Shown: positions 1 through 10,034, counted from the first letter of the stretch. The stretch: 64,000 bases of DNA from a virus (IMGVR_UViG_3300027736_000001:1311-65310); one strand, 5' to 3'. Made by a program: numbers and translations. Notes: generated from the letters alone by a model not told the origin.

Positions 1-1619
1 CACTTGTCAAGATCGCCCTTGGGGTGAATCTTGCTGGCGAAAAACTCGGTTGTCGATGACGGCGGGCTGTAGAACGTGCCGTCCTTTGTGATCTCCCGGT
101 CTCCCATGATGAATTTGCTGTCTCCCTCTACCCATCCAAATTGTGTTCTCATGATGTCTGCTTTCTTTGCGTACTGCAAATTTTTTACTGATGTGATGAC
201 AAACGTCGCCAAGTTTTCGTATTGTTTGTGATGTGCCATCACGCCTTGTTGAGCAAGCTGTTTGCGCAACTCATCCTTCGATGAAATAGCGGCGGTGGTG
301 ACTGAAAATTCTTTGACTCCATCGTGGGGCAGGTGCAGTCTAAACAACGCAACCTCACCCAACTCCTTGTCCCGCATACGTTTGACCACATACAGGTCAT
401 GCTCGTACACCAGCTTCGGCTCCGCCTCTTCATCCTCTTGAACTGGGCGCACATAGATGCCGCCGTTCTTGCCCCGAAAGAATGGAAATGGATACTCTGG
501 AATCGTGTATTTCTGTTCCCCACCGTCCTCTTCTTCGACGGTTACTTCGTTGTCGGCCTCGTCGGCTTCTTCTATTTCTATGCCCAAAACAATGGGCGAC
601 TTGATCTTGCCTTTGTGGATGCACCCATCACATCCGGTTGGATTACGCTCTTCAAATGTTGTGCAATGATGCGGCCCACCACGCTTTCTGATGTTCATCA
701 GTTTCAGGTCAACCTCTGTCGGGTCATAGTCTGGATACTGATCTGACATTTTGTGCGCAGCCCTGTCGCCATCTACACAGAACGCAGTAATCGAAAGCGC
801 CGACTGCCACAACGGCTCGTCAAGTTCGGCTTGATTTGCAAAACAGTAATTGAGTTGCGGGCAACCGTTCTCTGCTTTGAGCATGATGGCTTTGAACCGC
901 TTGACCTTGTTGGCCATCAGTGCTTCCATCATCGGACTGATCGCGCTTGGGATGAAGTCGGGCTTGTCTTCTTCGGGTTCAGGTTCGGGTGCTCCCAGCA
1001 ACTCCCGTACTTGCGCCACTGTCATCCTCGGCGAGACTTCGTTCCACATGCTGATTGGCTTGGTCTCCAAACCTTTCTTGTAGTTCAGTGTTCCGGGCGG
1101 GCGCAGGATACGCGATGCCTCAAACACCTTCTCATCAACAATCAGCCCGTGCTCTTTACACAGTTGTTTTAGCCGCTTGGCCAGAGGTTCCCACTCGGTG
1201 CGGGTCAATGTCTCTTCAAGCAACCAGTAGGCGTGAATGCCGTTTCCAGAATTCACCAGTATCGGTCTAGGTAAGCCGACTGTCTTGCAAAACTTCTTGA
1301 ACTTGTCCAGCCCTGTCTGCTGGTCGATGTAGCCTTCAATCTTTCCTTTGGAATTGGGCACACCTTTGGTCGGGCCGCAGTCAATGTCCAGCCATAAGGC
1401 GCGGACAAAAGCTACGTTCTCATGCGTTCTGTTGTTCAGTGGGCCAAACTTGGCACACCCAAAATACGCATTGACCTGCTGCTGTTTAAATTCCTCGATA
1501 AGTTCTTCGGCTTGTTCCCTCGTATCTGCAAAGCGTTGGTCTACATAGTCCCCAATCCCAACCACGCAGTACCGCCCATCCGTAGGCAGCACGGTGTCGA
1601 GTAGATCGAAGTCGGACAT
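1..1619 (-). CDS. Primase (AEP/RepB-like) fused to DUF927-type helicase-associated domain; runs off the left edge
   Basis: Absent from the ORF track (no stop in window). Hand translation from ATG 1619: MSDFDLLDTVLP...ALWLDIDCG...LVNSGNGIHAYW (DxD and SGxGxH primase motifs); near the window start QFGWVEGDSKFIMG. Confidence 0.8.
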   Translation of the reverse strand, partial: MSDFDLLDTVLPTDGRYCVVGIGDYVDQRFADTREQAEELIEEFKQQQVNAYFGCAKFGPLNNRTHENVAFVRALWLDIDCGPTKGVPNSKGKIEGYIDQQTGLDKFKKFCKTVGLPRPILVNSGNGIHAYWLLEETLTRTEWEPLAKRLKQLCKEHGLIVDEKVFEASRILRPPGTLNYKKGLETKPISMWNEVSPRMTVAQVRELLGAPEPEPEEDKPDFIPSAISPMMEALMANKVKRFKAIMLKAENGCPQLNYCFANQAELDEPLWQSALSITAFCVDGDRAAHKMSDQYPDYDPTEVDLKLMNIRKRGGPHHCTTFEERNPTGCDGCIHKGKIKSPIVLGIEIEEADEADNEVTVEEEDGGEQKYTIPEYPFPFFRGKNGGIYVRPVQEDEEAEPKLVYEHDLYVVKRMRDKELGEVALFRLHLPHDGVKEFSVTTAAISSKDELRKQLAQQGVMAHHKQYENLATFVITSVKNLQYAKKADIMRTQFGWVEGDSKFIMGDREITKDGTFYSPPSSTTEFFASKIHPKGDLDK

Positions 1620-1620
1620 G

Positions 1621-1860
1621 TTATTTGCGCTTCTTGTGTCGTGCTATGAATCGTTCGATCTGTTCGTTGTGGGCGCGGATTGGGACGGTGACGCCCCAAA
1701 ACCAGTTGTAAATCGTGGAGCGACTTACCCCCAGTGTTTCCGCAATGATGCCCACGGGAATCCCGTTCTCGATACACAGACGGCCCAAGGCTACGCCCAG
1801 AGACTCGGCATCGGCTTTTTTGTTGGCCTCCACCAAGTTCTGGCTGTAACCATAGCTCAT
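1621..1860 (-). CDS. XRE/Cro-like helix-turn-helix protein
   Basis: IAETLGVSRSTIYNWF HTH signature. Confidence 0.75.
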   Translation of the reverse strand: MSYGYSQNLVEANKKADAESLGVALGRLCIENGIPVGIIAETLGVSRSTIYNWFWGVTVPIRAHNEQIERFIARHKKRK

Positions 1861-1862
1861 GC

Positions 1863-2768
1863 TTATTCCTCGTCAGTCCATGCCGCAACCACAGAATCCA
1901 AATTTTTCTTGGTAGTGGGTGCAGGGGTTTCAGCTTTCTTTGACTCGCGCTTCTTGGGCTCGTCAACCTCGGGTTCGGCGGCGGCTTGTGGAGCGGGGGT
2001 AGGAGCAGGGGCAGGGGCGGCTAACTTAGGCGCACGACCAGACATGTCTGCCTGATACGGGGTCATCGTCACCATCTTCTGCACCTCGGGCTTGGCGGCA
2101 ACCTTGCTGGTCACTTCGTACTGCGCTTTGTCAATGAAACGCACGGGGGTGAACAACACAGATTGGTTGTCGTTGTCTTCGTTGAAGCTCATCTGGGTAA
2201 CCACGTAGTCCAAGCTCTTGCCGTTGTTGGCCAGATATTTGGTGTAGTTCTCAAACGTGTGGGTGTTGTCACCGACACCTTCGCCAAACAAAGACTTGGA
2301 AGCCAAGTTCATTTGGTACACCTCACCTTCGAGCGAAGTGCCAAAGTCCTCAACCAACGCCACAGCAATGCGGCGGGTGTAGCGGCAAGCCTTGGAGTTA
2401 CCCATGCCTGAACCTTTGATGTTCTGTTGGCATGAATCACAACGATCAGACTGCTTGTTGACAGACCCCGCATCAGGCGCATTGCCGTCATTGGAGAAGC
2501 AATCAGGTGCAGTCGGCTCGGCATCGGGGGTCCACTGCTTCACGTAGAAGATGCGGCCCACTTTGGGGGAGGCGCTGACAACGATAACGTCCATCGTGCC
2601 TTTCACTTTGCCCATCTCCTCGCCACCGACAACCTTGCGGAAGATGCCGTTCTTGGGGACGATGCGCTTAGTGCCAGTACGGCCAGCGAGTTGTTTGGTG
2701 AGGTCACTGACTCCAGCAGTTTGCAGGAAGTCGGGGAGGTCTTGGTTCAATAAAGCGATGTTGCTCAT
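1863..2768 (-). CDS. Putative ssDNA-binding/annealing replication protein
   Basis: Start MSNIALL after GGAAAA; Cys cluster; Pro/Ala linker; acidic C-terminus WTDEE; lies in replication module. Confidence 0.45.
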   Translation of the reverse strand: MSNIALLNQDLPDFLQTAGVSDLTKQLAGRTGTKRIVPKNGIFRKVVGGEEMGKVKGTMDVIVVSASPKVGRIFYVKQWTPDAEPTAPDCFSNDGNAPDAGSVNKQSDRCDSCQQNIKGSGMGNSKACRYTRRIAVALVEDFGTSLEGEVYQMNLASKSLFGEGVGDNTHTFENYTKYLANNGKSLDYVVTQMSFNEDNDNQSVLFTPVRFIDKAQYEVTSKVAAKPEVQKMVTMTPYQADMSGRAPKLAAPAPAPTPAPQAAAEPEVDEPKKRESKKAETPAPTTKKNLDSVVAAWTDEE

Positions 2769-2769
2769 T

Positions 2770-3198
2770 TCAATTTTCCTTTGCGCGTCTAACAACCACG
2801 GTGTATGTGTTTTCGACATTCATCCCTTTCGGGTAAAGGTCTGGATTCTCTCCAAGAAACTCCTTCATGTGTGTTTGATGAATTCGTTTCTCTAGCAGGC
2901 CGAATGCACTGGTCTCCTCTATGAAGGTGTACATTGAATCCCAATCATTCGTCCAGTACCGTGACTTAACCGATCGAATAATTGTGCCGTGCGGGGTGCG
3001 CATACTCTCAACGCCCATGGACTTGCATGTATCAAGCATTTCTGTTTCGATCAAGCCCATTTGCTCTTCAAGTTCTGCGTGTTCTTTTTTGTATTTCGCC
3101 GTGAGGTCATCACGGGCATCTCGTATCCTCAAGTAAACCTTTGTCAAGTTATTGAGGTCTGGTGTAGAGGTGACTACCTCCTGAACTGCTTCGTCCAT
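2770..3198 (-). CDS. Phage replication-region protein (coiled-coil N-terminus)
   Basis: 142 aa ORF with AGGAG RBS, downstream of a promoter. Confidence 0.6.
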   Translation of the reverse strand: MDEAVQEVVTSTPDLNNLTKVYLRIRDARDDLTAKYKKEHAELEEQMGLIETEMLDTCKSMGVESMRTPHGTIIRSVKSRYWTNDWDSMYTFIEETSAFGLLEKRIHQTHMKEFLGENPDLYPKGMNVENTYTVVVRRAKEN

Positions 3199-3225
3199 GT
3201 GTTCGCTCCTGTTGTTGTGGGGATT

Positions 3226-3253
3226 AGTTTAGCACAAGATTGTACATTGTCAA
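3226..3253 (-). promoter_or_regulatory. sigma70 promoter TTGACA-16-TAAACT
   Basis: Minus strand TTGACA atgtacaatcttgtgc TAAACT; the -35 overlaps the helicase stop codon. Confidence 0.6.
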
Positions 3254-4638
3254 GTCTCTTGTGAAGAAATTTCTTGACGGTACAAATCAATCACTTGCTG
3301 GTGGTTGGCGATGTTGCCCCGCAGTAGCGAGTACATCCGGGTTTCCACCTGACTGCCAGTGATATGCACGATGGTCATTGGGTTGACCTGACCGGGACGG
3401 TCAATACGGGCATTGGCTTGCAGGTACGTCTCTACGCTGGTGCAGGGAGCGTACCAAATAATTGTGTCGGCGGCGGTTAGGGTAAGCCCGTGGGATGCGG
3501 CCATTGGTTGAATGACAAGCACCTTTGGGTCAGGCTGGCTCTGGAACCGCTGGACAATATCCGAGCGCCGATTAACCGACACTGCGCCGTTGATAACGTC
3601 ACACGTTATGCCGTTCTTGGTTAGATGCTTGGCCAACACTTCGATGGAGTGAGTGAACGGCACAAAGATCAGCACCTTGTTGCTCGACTCATCAACGACT
3701 TCTTGCACCACATTCAGTCGGTTGGATACATCGAAGTCCACCACCTCGCCGTTGTCGGTGTAGATGGAGCCGCAAGCGATCTGAAGCAGCTTGTTGATCT
3801 TCACAGCCGCATTGACCGCAGAGACTTCTTCCCCCGCCGCTTCGATCAGCATCTCGTCCTTGAGGCGCTTGTAAAAACTCTTTTGCTGTGCCGTCATCGG
3901 GGCTTCGCGCTCGGTAAAAGTCACCGGGGGCAGGTCTAGGCACTGCTTCTTTTCAAAGCGTATGGCTGGCTGTAGGATAGTATGGACAGTCTGGGACGCA
4001 TCCGGCTTCGGGAGCCACCGATACATGCTGACCTTGTTCATGACCTTATCGCGGAACTGCCCAAAAAACATTGGCACACCGCTGGGGTTGACCAGCTTTG
4101 CTAGTCCGTAAGCATCCACAGGAGACTGCGCAGCAGGCGTACCCGTGAGCATCCACAGTCCTTTAATGACTCGTGTCAAATCGCGCAGGTCTTTCCACCG
4201 CACAGTCTGGGCGTTCTTGTAGGCTGATGCCTCGTCCACCACGATGAGATCAAACCCGCCGTCCATGATCTGCTTTTTGATGATGCCAACACCATCAAAG
4301 TTAACGACAACGAACTCGGCCCCAGCCTCAACAATCTCTTTGCGCTTCTTGGCTGAGCCATGCGCAACGGCCACTGTACGGTGGATGGCAAATTTGAACA
4401 AGTCGGCTTGCCACGCTGACTTCATGATGGACAGTGGACAAATCACTAACACTCGTTTGACCAAACCCAACTTCATCAAATAATCTACAGCCCAGATCAC
4501 GGATGCTGTCTTGCCCGTGCCCTGCTCGTTAAAACAAAACGCTTTACGCTGATTCGCTAAAAACTCTGCTGTGACCTTCTGATGCGCGAACGGTGTGAAC
4601 CCCGGAGGCCGGGGCCACTCATACTCTGATAGATTCAT
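3250..4638 (-). CDS. SNF2-family (SF2) helicase
   Basis: EQGTGKT Walker A, VVDEAS, LTGTP, HGLTLT, QANARIDRPGQ motif VI. Confidence 0.93.
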   Translation of the reverse strand: MNLSEYEWPRPPGFTPFAHQKVTAEFLANQRKAFCFNEQGTGKTASVIWAVDYLMKLGLVKRVLVICPLSIMKSAWQADLFKFAIHRTVAVAHGSAKKRKEIVEAGAEFVVVNFDGVGIIKKQIMDGGFDLIVVDEASAYKNAQTVRWKDLRDLTRVIKGLWMLTGTPAAQSPVDAYGLAKLVNPSGVPMFFGQFRDKVMNKVSMYRWLPKPDASQTVHTILQPAIRFEKKQCLDLPPVTFTEREAPMTAQQKSFYKRLKDEMLIEAAGEEVSAVNAAVKINKLLQIACGSIYTDNGEVVDFDVSNRLNVVQEVVDESSNKVLIFVPFTHSIEVLAKHLTKNGITCDVINGAVSVNRRSDIVQRFQSQPDPKVLVIQPMAASHGLTLTAADTIIWYAPCTSVETYLQANARIDRPGQVNPMTIVHITGSQVETRMYSLLRGNIANHQQVIDLYRQEISSQET

Positions 4639-4949
4639 TTTTTCTTACGTTCCTTCGTACTGACTTCTGATACAACTTTGTGATTTGATCCGCGCTTGAA
4701 TGATCTATTCGTGCTCGGGGCTTCCAAGCGTACACCATTTTTATTGGAGCCGCCTTTGGACAAGGCGACGCGGTGCGCAACGTCTTTGCCTTCTCTGATA
4801 TCTGCACGTCTGTCGCCGTTGGCGTCAGTGTTTTTGTTGTCGATGTTTTCTCTGGCGCGTTGGCGCTCTAGCCTTGACTTGCCCTCACCTCGGGCAAGCT
4901 GTTGCTCGTATTCTTTTTTATAGGGTCGGGGTTTGTTCACGTATGGCAT
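4635..4949 (-). CDS. HNH-like endonuclease
   Basis: DVAHRVALSKGGSNKNGVRLEAPSTNRS resembles the HNH core. Confidence 0.6.
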   Translation of the reverse strand: MPYVNKPRPYKKEYEQQLARGEGKSRLERQRARENIDNKNTDANGDRRADIREGKDVAHRVALSKGGSNKNGVRLEAPSTNRSFKRGSNHKVVSEVSTKERKKK

Positions 4950-5229
4950 TTGGGTTTCCTATGCTGTGGGTGTTGAAGTCTTCACGGGTCAAGCCAAATT
5001 CTGCGGGGGTTGCTTCCCATAAAGGGTTGCGCCCCTCCTCTTCCATGACCCTCATCATCTTACCAACCGCGATGCTAATCTCCATCAGCATGTTGGCTTT
5101 TTGGTCGGCAAACTGCCTTTCCATTGACTCCCGCACAACTTTGTGTACGACTTGGCCCAGTATTTCGGTCACTCGGCGTTTTAGTTCGCCCTCAAGAATC
5201 AAGGCGGTGTCAGTTTCTTCGTTTGTCAT
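4918..5229 (-). CDS. Hypothetical protein
   Basis: ORF with AGGAG RBS, coupled to neighbours. Confidence 0.6.
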   Translation of the reverse strand: MTNEETDTALILEGELKRRVTEILGQVVHKVVRESMERQFADQKANMLMEISIAVGKMMRVMEEEGRNPLWEATPAEFGLTREDFNTHSIGNPNAIREQTPTL

Positions 5230-5231
5230 GT

Positions 5232-5894
5232 CTAACTCCTGTTGTACTCACATTGCTTCACTGAACAGAATTTGCACAGTGGCCCTTGAATGGGGTTCCA
5301 CACCCCGTTTTTCAGTGCCGCCTCTATACGGGCAACATCTTGCGCTGGCTTCTCCACGTACTTGGGCATCATCTCCCGGTAGTGGGTGGCCTTCACAAAC
5401 TCTTTACTCACCACGAAGATCAAAGCTGACTTCACCTTGTTGATCTGCGGAAACTTGGCAAAAAGGCCAGCCGCCACAAGATCGAGTTGCTTGACGTCCG
5501 CATACCGCGCACTCTTGCTGGTCTTGTAATCCACTGAGTGCGCCAACTGTTTCTCCTCGTTGATGACTACCAAATCGGCTATGCCATGCCACCATACATT
5601 CGGTGCGCTGAAATCGCATGACTCCAAGTTCTTCGTTAAGCCCAACTTGACTTCGCATAGCTTCTTTCCTTGGATTACATCCAATGTCTCTAATACTGGC
5701 AACATGTACTTAAATGTGGGTGGGACAGGCTTGCCGTCTCGGATGTATTCCTCTGCCACAGTATGGGCAGTCTTGCCGTACAACGTCGCCTGTGTGTCGG
5801 GTTCAACAATATCCTTGGCTATCTTGGTGTGATAGTACTTTTTGGGGCACTGCTGAAATGTTTTCAGACTGCTGAACGACCAGACGATGCTCAT
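5232..5894 (-). CDS. Cas4/RecB-like PD-(D/E)XK exonuclease
   Basis: SFSSL..QCP at N-terminus, IADL..VDYKT, C-terminal CKFCSVKQC Fe-S-type cysteines. Confidence 0.85.
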   Translation of the reverse strand: MSIVWSFSSLKTFQQCPKKYYHTKIAKDIVEPDTQATLYGKTAHTVAEEYIRDGKPVPPTFKYMLPVLETLDVIQGKKLCEVKLGLTKNLESCDFSAPNVWWHGIADLVVINEEKQLAHSVDYKTSKSARYADVKQLDLVAAGLFAKFPQINKVKSALIFVVSKEFVKATHYREMMPKYVEKPAQDVARIEAALKNGVWNPIQGPLCKFCSVKQCEYNRS

Positions 5895-5896
5895 TT

Positions 5897-6118
5897 TTAT
5901 CCCTTTTCTTTAATTGCATCCGCTAGATACGTAATTGCATTAGCAATACTATCAAGTGAATACGCCACTCCGTCTATAGAGTGTCTTATTTCTTCCATGC
6001 CCTCATATGATTTTAAGCCGTGGGCTTCTATTGCTCCCATTGGTGTGCTTGCATTGCCGTTACCCAGCATGGAAGCGGCTCTTAAAATTGCGGCGGCGAT
6101 TGCTTCTTCGTCTATCAT
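5897..6118 (-). CDS. Hypothetical protein
   Basis: ATGA-coupled ORF. Confidence 0.6.
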   Translation of the reverse strand: MIDEEAIAAAILRAASMLGNGNASTPMGAIEAHGLKSYEGMEEIRHSIDGVAYSLDSIANAITYLADAIKEKG

Positions 6119-6336
6119 GCTTGCACCTTGGTTTCTGGCTTAGCTTTGGTTTTCATAAAATCAATATCGGGTTGCTCTTTGCGTAGGTCAGCGTACTCAA
6201 GTTGCACTCGCTGTGCGTGAATGATTTTCCCTGCGGTATTGTTCATCTCGGCGGCGACCTTTACTTCAATCGTGCCGTTTTTCAGCCCTTCGTAGAGTGC
6301 GGACAGTTCTGTTGATAGTTCACTAATATGTTTCAT
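6115..6336 (-). CDS. Hypothetical protein
   Basis: ATGA-coupled ORF with AGGA RBS. Confidence 0.65.
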   Translation of the reverse strand: MKHISELSTELSALYEGLKNGTIEVKVAAEMNNTAGKIIHAQRVQLEYADLRKEQPDIDFMKTKAKPETKVQA

Positions 6337-7004
6337 GTTATTTCCTTTATTTGTTTGTTTCTTGCGCGATCTTTCGCACGGATTGTTTCTACATTTGCGT
6401 AGTAATAAGCTATCTTGGCAGCTTTTAGTTCTTCGGGGGTGTGTTTCACCCTGCGCCCAAACTCATCAAACTTTCTTGGTGTGTAAGTTAATCCTTTTCC
6501 ATGTTTGTCCTTTCTTTTTTTCTCTCTGTTACATATCAAGCATTCATACGAATGCCCATCTTTGGTACCCCTGTTTCTACTAAACCCAATTATCGACTTG
6601 TATTCTCTGCATGTACTGCATTTCTTCTCAGTGCGGTGCTTGTCTAGCTCTTGTACCACCCGCTTGATCTTTAACCGAATACGTTCAACTTCAATGATTT
6701 CAAGCGGCAGTGCGTCAGTTGGCATTTTAAGTAGTTGTGCTACGTAGCTATCCCTTAACTCAACTCGTTTTTGCCTAGCTTTTGTTTTTTCTATAGGGGC
6801 GCGTTTATCCCTAGCCTTCTGTTGCAGTTCACGTACGCGCTCAGGGTGGGCGGCTCTGTATCGCTCACCCCTTGCTTTTTCTAACGCACGACCATGTTCC
6901 GTTTTTGCATCGGCGGCTTTCTTTGCGGCTATACGTTCCTTATTAGCCTCTCGATACACTTTACTTCTAGCGGCTTTGAGTGCTTTCTTTTCCTCGTCCG
7001 TCAT
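6333..7004 (-). CDS. Basic protein with zinc ribbon (CxxC...CxxC)
   Basis: KKCSTCREYK...DGHSYECLIC; no HNH core seen. Confidence 0.6.
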   Translation of the reverse strand: MTDEEKKALKAARSKVYREANKERIAAKKAADAKTEHGRALEKARGERYRAAHPERVRELQQKARDKRAPIEKTKARQKRVELRDSYVAQLLKMPTDALPLEIIEVERIRLKIKRVVQELDKHRTEKKCSTCREYKSIIGFSRNRGTKDGHSYECLICNREKKRKDKHGKGLTYTPRKFDEFGRRVKHTPEELKAAKIAYYYANVETIRAKDRARNKQIKEIT

Positions 7005-7168
7005 TGGTTTTCTTTCATCTCTTTGATTGCGTTCAACATCAGTTTGACCTCGGCCATCGCTTTGAGCGTGTGCTCAATGGCTTCGTCATATCCACGGTCA
7101 AGCATCGCATCATGGGCGTCCTTTAGGGCGCGTTCTGCCATCATGCAGGGGTAGGCGTAATCAACCAT
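7001..7168 (-). CDS. Hypothetical protein (MVDYAYPCMM...)
   Basis: Start chosen from the AAGGAG RBS. Confidence 0.6.
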   Translation of the reverse strand: MVDYAYPCMMAERALKDAHDAMLDRGYDEAIEHTLKAMAEVKLMLNAIKEMKENQ

Positions 7169-7178
7169 CAGTTCTCCT

Positions 7179-8996
7179 TTAACAATCACCATAACTTTGT
7201 CCATATCCAGCCTCACAGTTCAAAGGTAACTCGGGTGCCCACGCAGGGCGCAGGCGCATACACAACTCAACAAACTCCTTGGCGGTTTCAGCCTCGGCCT
7301 CGGGCACGATGCAAGCGATAGCATCATGCACTGTCATCACTACTCGGTACTTCTTTGCGATCATCAGCATCTGCTCACCGATCACAATCCGGGCCAACGC
7401 TTGGCACACGTTCTCGACAACCTTGCCGCCGTAGATTCGGTTGGGGATGATTGCTCTGCCCTTCTTGGTGTCGTAGACGATCTCGGCTTTGCCTTCCTCA
7501 TTCTCATATAGGCGCAAGTTCGGATACCGCAGGCGCAAACCATTGGGAAGAATAATACCGTTGTCGCCCTCAACCATCAACAGATCGTTCCGCCCTAAAG
7601 TGGTGTGCTGTTTCTGTAATATGGCTTTGAGGGCTTGACCCGCAGACTTCCACAGTTCGGGAATCATGGGGTACGTCAGTCGGTATGTGTCGATAATCCT
7701 CTTCGCTTCCGCGAGTTCGATATCCACGCCAAAGTTTTTAAGTTGCGTTTGAAACTTAGCCGCGCCCATGCCGTACCCCGCCCCAAGAATGGTTGTCTTA
7801 CCCACGAACCGCTCGTCCTTGGAAATTTGCGCAGTCGCCTTGCCATATATAGCCGATGCCATGATTTTGTATACGTCCTCGCCACGATCAAATGCCTCCA
7901 CTAAGTCGTCTTGCCCAGCCAGCCATGCCAGCGTCCGTGCTTCAATTTGAGATGAGTCTGAATCCAGCAACACGTATCCTCTGGGTGGGATGATTGCGTG
8001 TTTCAAGGGGGATTTGCGCGGCAGATTCTGCAAGTTCAGCTTGTCGTCCCCACCCCAGCGCCCAGTGTGTGCGGCGTAGTACCGCAGGGGTACAGGCAAC
8101 GGCCCTCGGTCGGCAATCCCAATGAACCGCTCGGTGCGGGTCTCCTCGATCGTGGACTTTGTGCCTAGCCTCGCAGCCACAAGTGCTTGTATCTCGTGCC
8201 GGGGGTGCTCCAACAATGCCTTGAAGTCCTCGTCACTTTTTGCAAACGCATAGGTCTGCTTGCCTGTGGCGGGGCTCTTCTTCATGGGCGGCTCAACACC
8301 AAATGTTCTGAGCAAATCAGCAAACTGCGGGTTGCTCATCAACGTGTCTTTGTCGAAGTTGTCCAGCAAGTCTTCTTTGCGCTGGCGCTCTTTGAGCAGA
8401 TGAGTTTCCAGTGTCAGCTTGTGCAACTGCAACACCGGGTCGGTGAACATCTGGACAGTCAAGTCGATCAGCCGCAACTCAACCTTGGGAAAGTTCTCAC
8501 TCATGGCATTGAACAGCGCCCATGTCAGGGTCACGTCATTCGCGCAATAACCTCCATAGTCGGCCAACTCCTCGGGCGTGAAGTCCTTGCGGAAATAGTT
8601 GATGTACTTTGCAACCTGCTCACCCTTGACACCCAACCCATAGTGGGAGGCTAAGACCGCAAGACTCCCGCCAACCTCAGTCCCATGCAGGGCGCGTCCC
8701 ATACTCAGCGTATCCAGAAAGCCTTTCGGCTTCATGCCAAAAATCCAATTAAGAATGGCTCCATCGAACGGCGCGTTGTGCGCTAAGACCAAATGATTGG
8801 GCAGATCAAAGGGGGTGAGGAACTGGTGCAACTCTCGGTGGTTCCCGCTGAACCAAATGGGTACGCCGTCGTTTATCTGTACTGCAACACCGATAACCTC
8901 GAACCTCGGGTCCCGAATGTATTCCTCGGTGGTCTGGGTCTTAAACCCAAGTGTCCCGCCGTAGGCAGTCTCAAAGTCGATCGTGAGGATGTTCAT
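7179..8996 (-). CDS. polA: DNA polymerase family A with 3'-5' exonuclease
   Basis: IDFET exoI, HNAPFD exoII, HTGRW, DSSQIEAR motif A, KTTILGAGYG motif B, VHD motif C. Confidence 0.95.
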   Translation of the reverse strand: MNILTIDFETAYGGTLGFKTQTTEEYIRDPRFEVIGVAVQINDGVPIWFSGNHRELHQFLTPFDLPNHLVLAHNAPFDGAILNWIFGMKPKGFLDTLSMGRALHGTEVGGSLAVLASHYGLGVKGEQVAKYINYFRKDFTPEELADYGGYCANDVTLTWALFNAMSENFPKVELRLIDLTVQMFTDPVLQLHKLTLETHLLKERQRKEDLLDNFDKDTLMSNPQFADLLRTFGVEPPMKKSPATGKQTYAFAKSDEDFKALLEHPRHEIQALVAARLGTKSTIEETRTERFIGIADRGPLPVPLRYYAAHTGRWGGDDKLNLQNLPRKSPLKHAIIPPRGYVLLDSDSSQIEARTLAWLAGQDDLVEAFDRGEDVYKIMASAIYGKATAQISKDERFVGKTTILGAGYGMGAAKFQTQLKNFGVDIELAEAKRIIDTYRLTYPMIPELWKSAGQALKAILQKQHTTLGRNDLLMVEGDNGIILPNGLRLRYPNLRLYENEEGKAEIVYDTKKGRAIIPNRIYGGKVVENVCQALARIVIGEQMLMIAKKYRVVMTVHDAIACIVPEAEAETAKEFVELCMRLRPAWAPELPLNCEAGYGQSYGDC

Positions 8997-9469
8997 CTGA
9001 AGATGCCCACAAGCCCAACCCCAAGAGAGTTCATGAGGCCACCGCCTGTGGAACCTATGCCGCCCTGTTGTGCGGCGTGAAATGCTTGTGCGGTTTGGGC
9101 TCGTATTTGCGCGGCTTGCATTTGCGTTTGCAAAGTAACGTGAGATTGGTGCTCTTTGCGTTGCCGCTCGATGTAGTGCTCATCAAACACTCGCTCCATG
9201 ATTTCTTTGTCAAACTTGGTTCGCTTCATTTCTTTGAACCCAGCAACCAAGGCTTGACGCTCCTCCTCAGTGAAGTAGCGCCACTCCTGCCACGAAATAT
9301 CTTTGTCGTCATCGCATGAAATTACCTTCGTTAGCGACTTCGCAAATGAGTAGAACCGACCCTCAATGGATTTAAACGTATGGGTATCGAAATCAGTCCT
9401 CTCAAAGTCCTCGGGGTTGGACTTCATGCGCTCCAGCAAAATTTTTACCCCCGCACAAAACTCAGTCAT
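8993..9469 (-). CDS. Hypothetical protein
   Basis: Coupled ORF with GGAG RBS. Confidence 0.6.
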   Translation of the reverse strand: MTEFCAGVKILLERMKSNPEDFERTDFDTHTFKSIEGRFYSFAKSLTKVISCDDDKDISWQEWRYFTEEERQALVAGFKEMKRTKFDKEIMERVFDEHYIERQRKEHQSHVTLQTQMQAAQIRAQTAQAFHAAQQGGIGSTGGGLMNSLGVGLVGIFR

Positions 9470-9677
9470 TTTCGTTCTCCAGTAATTTCATCATTCCAGT
9501 TGCTGTTGTTTTGTCTAGCCCTTTGGCTAGTGTTGTTGATCTTCTTTCGCCCCATTTGGCTCGATACTCGTGTCGGTAGATGCTGTACTTGCCGTTCACA
9601 AACCTCATTGTGTAGTCAAACTCTTTTTCAAGCATCTGCAACGATTGTTGCGTGAGTTGTTGTATGGTCAGGGCCAT
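9462..9677 (-). CDS. Hypothetical protein
   Basis: TAATG-coupled ORF. Confidence 0.6.
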   Translation of the reverse strand: MALTIQQLTQQSLQMLEKEFDYTMRFVNGKYSIYRHEYRAKWGERRSTTLAKGLDKTTATGMMKLLENEND

Positions 9678-10006
9678 TATTCACTCCAAGGCAAGTCACT
9701 TACAGGCAATTCACCTTTGAGCAATTTGATCTTCGCGTCCAGTTTCCCCAAGTTGTTTTCGTTGATGACCAAAGCTATGCCCTTTGCGGCTTCGATCTCG
9801 CGCATGTTTTTTTCTTGCAGTGCAGTGGCCTCGCCCTTGCCAGCCTTGGCTTCAATAGCCACAAACTTGCCGTTCACACAGCACAGGAAGTCGGGCACAC
9901 CGCTGTTGCCGTAGCCAGTGCCGATGGGCATGGCGTAGTAGATGCTGTGGGCTTTGAGGATTGCCTTGATCTTTGCTTTGACCTTGGCCTCGGGGGTGGT
10001 TGCCAT
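9677..10006 (-). CDS. VRR-NUC nuclease (Holliday-junction resolvase-like)
   Basis: TPEAKVK...GVPDFL...AIEAKAG..ATALQ. Confidence 0.85.
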   Translation of the reverse strand: MATTPEAKVKAKIKAILKAHSIYYAMPIGTGYGNSGVPDFLCCVNGKFVAIEAKAGKGEATALQEKNMREIEAAKGIALVINENNLGKLDAKIKLLKGELPVSDLPWSE

Positions 10007-10034
10007 CTGATACTCCAGTTGTTTTCAAGCCCTC

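Noticed and set aside
5232-5894. Cas4-like gene as evidence of CRISPR-Cas
   Set aside because: Solo Cas4-like nucleases are common in phage replication modules; no cas1/cas2 or array
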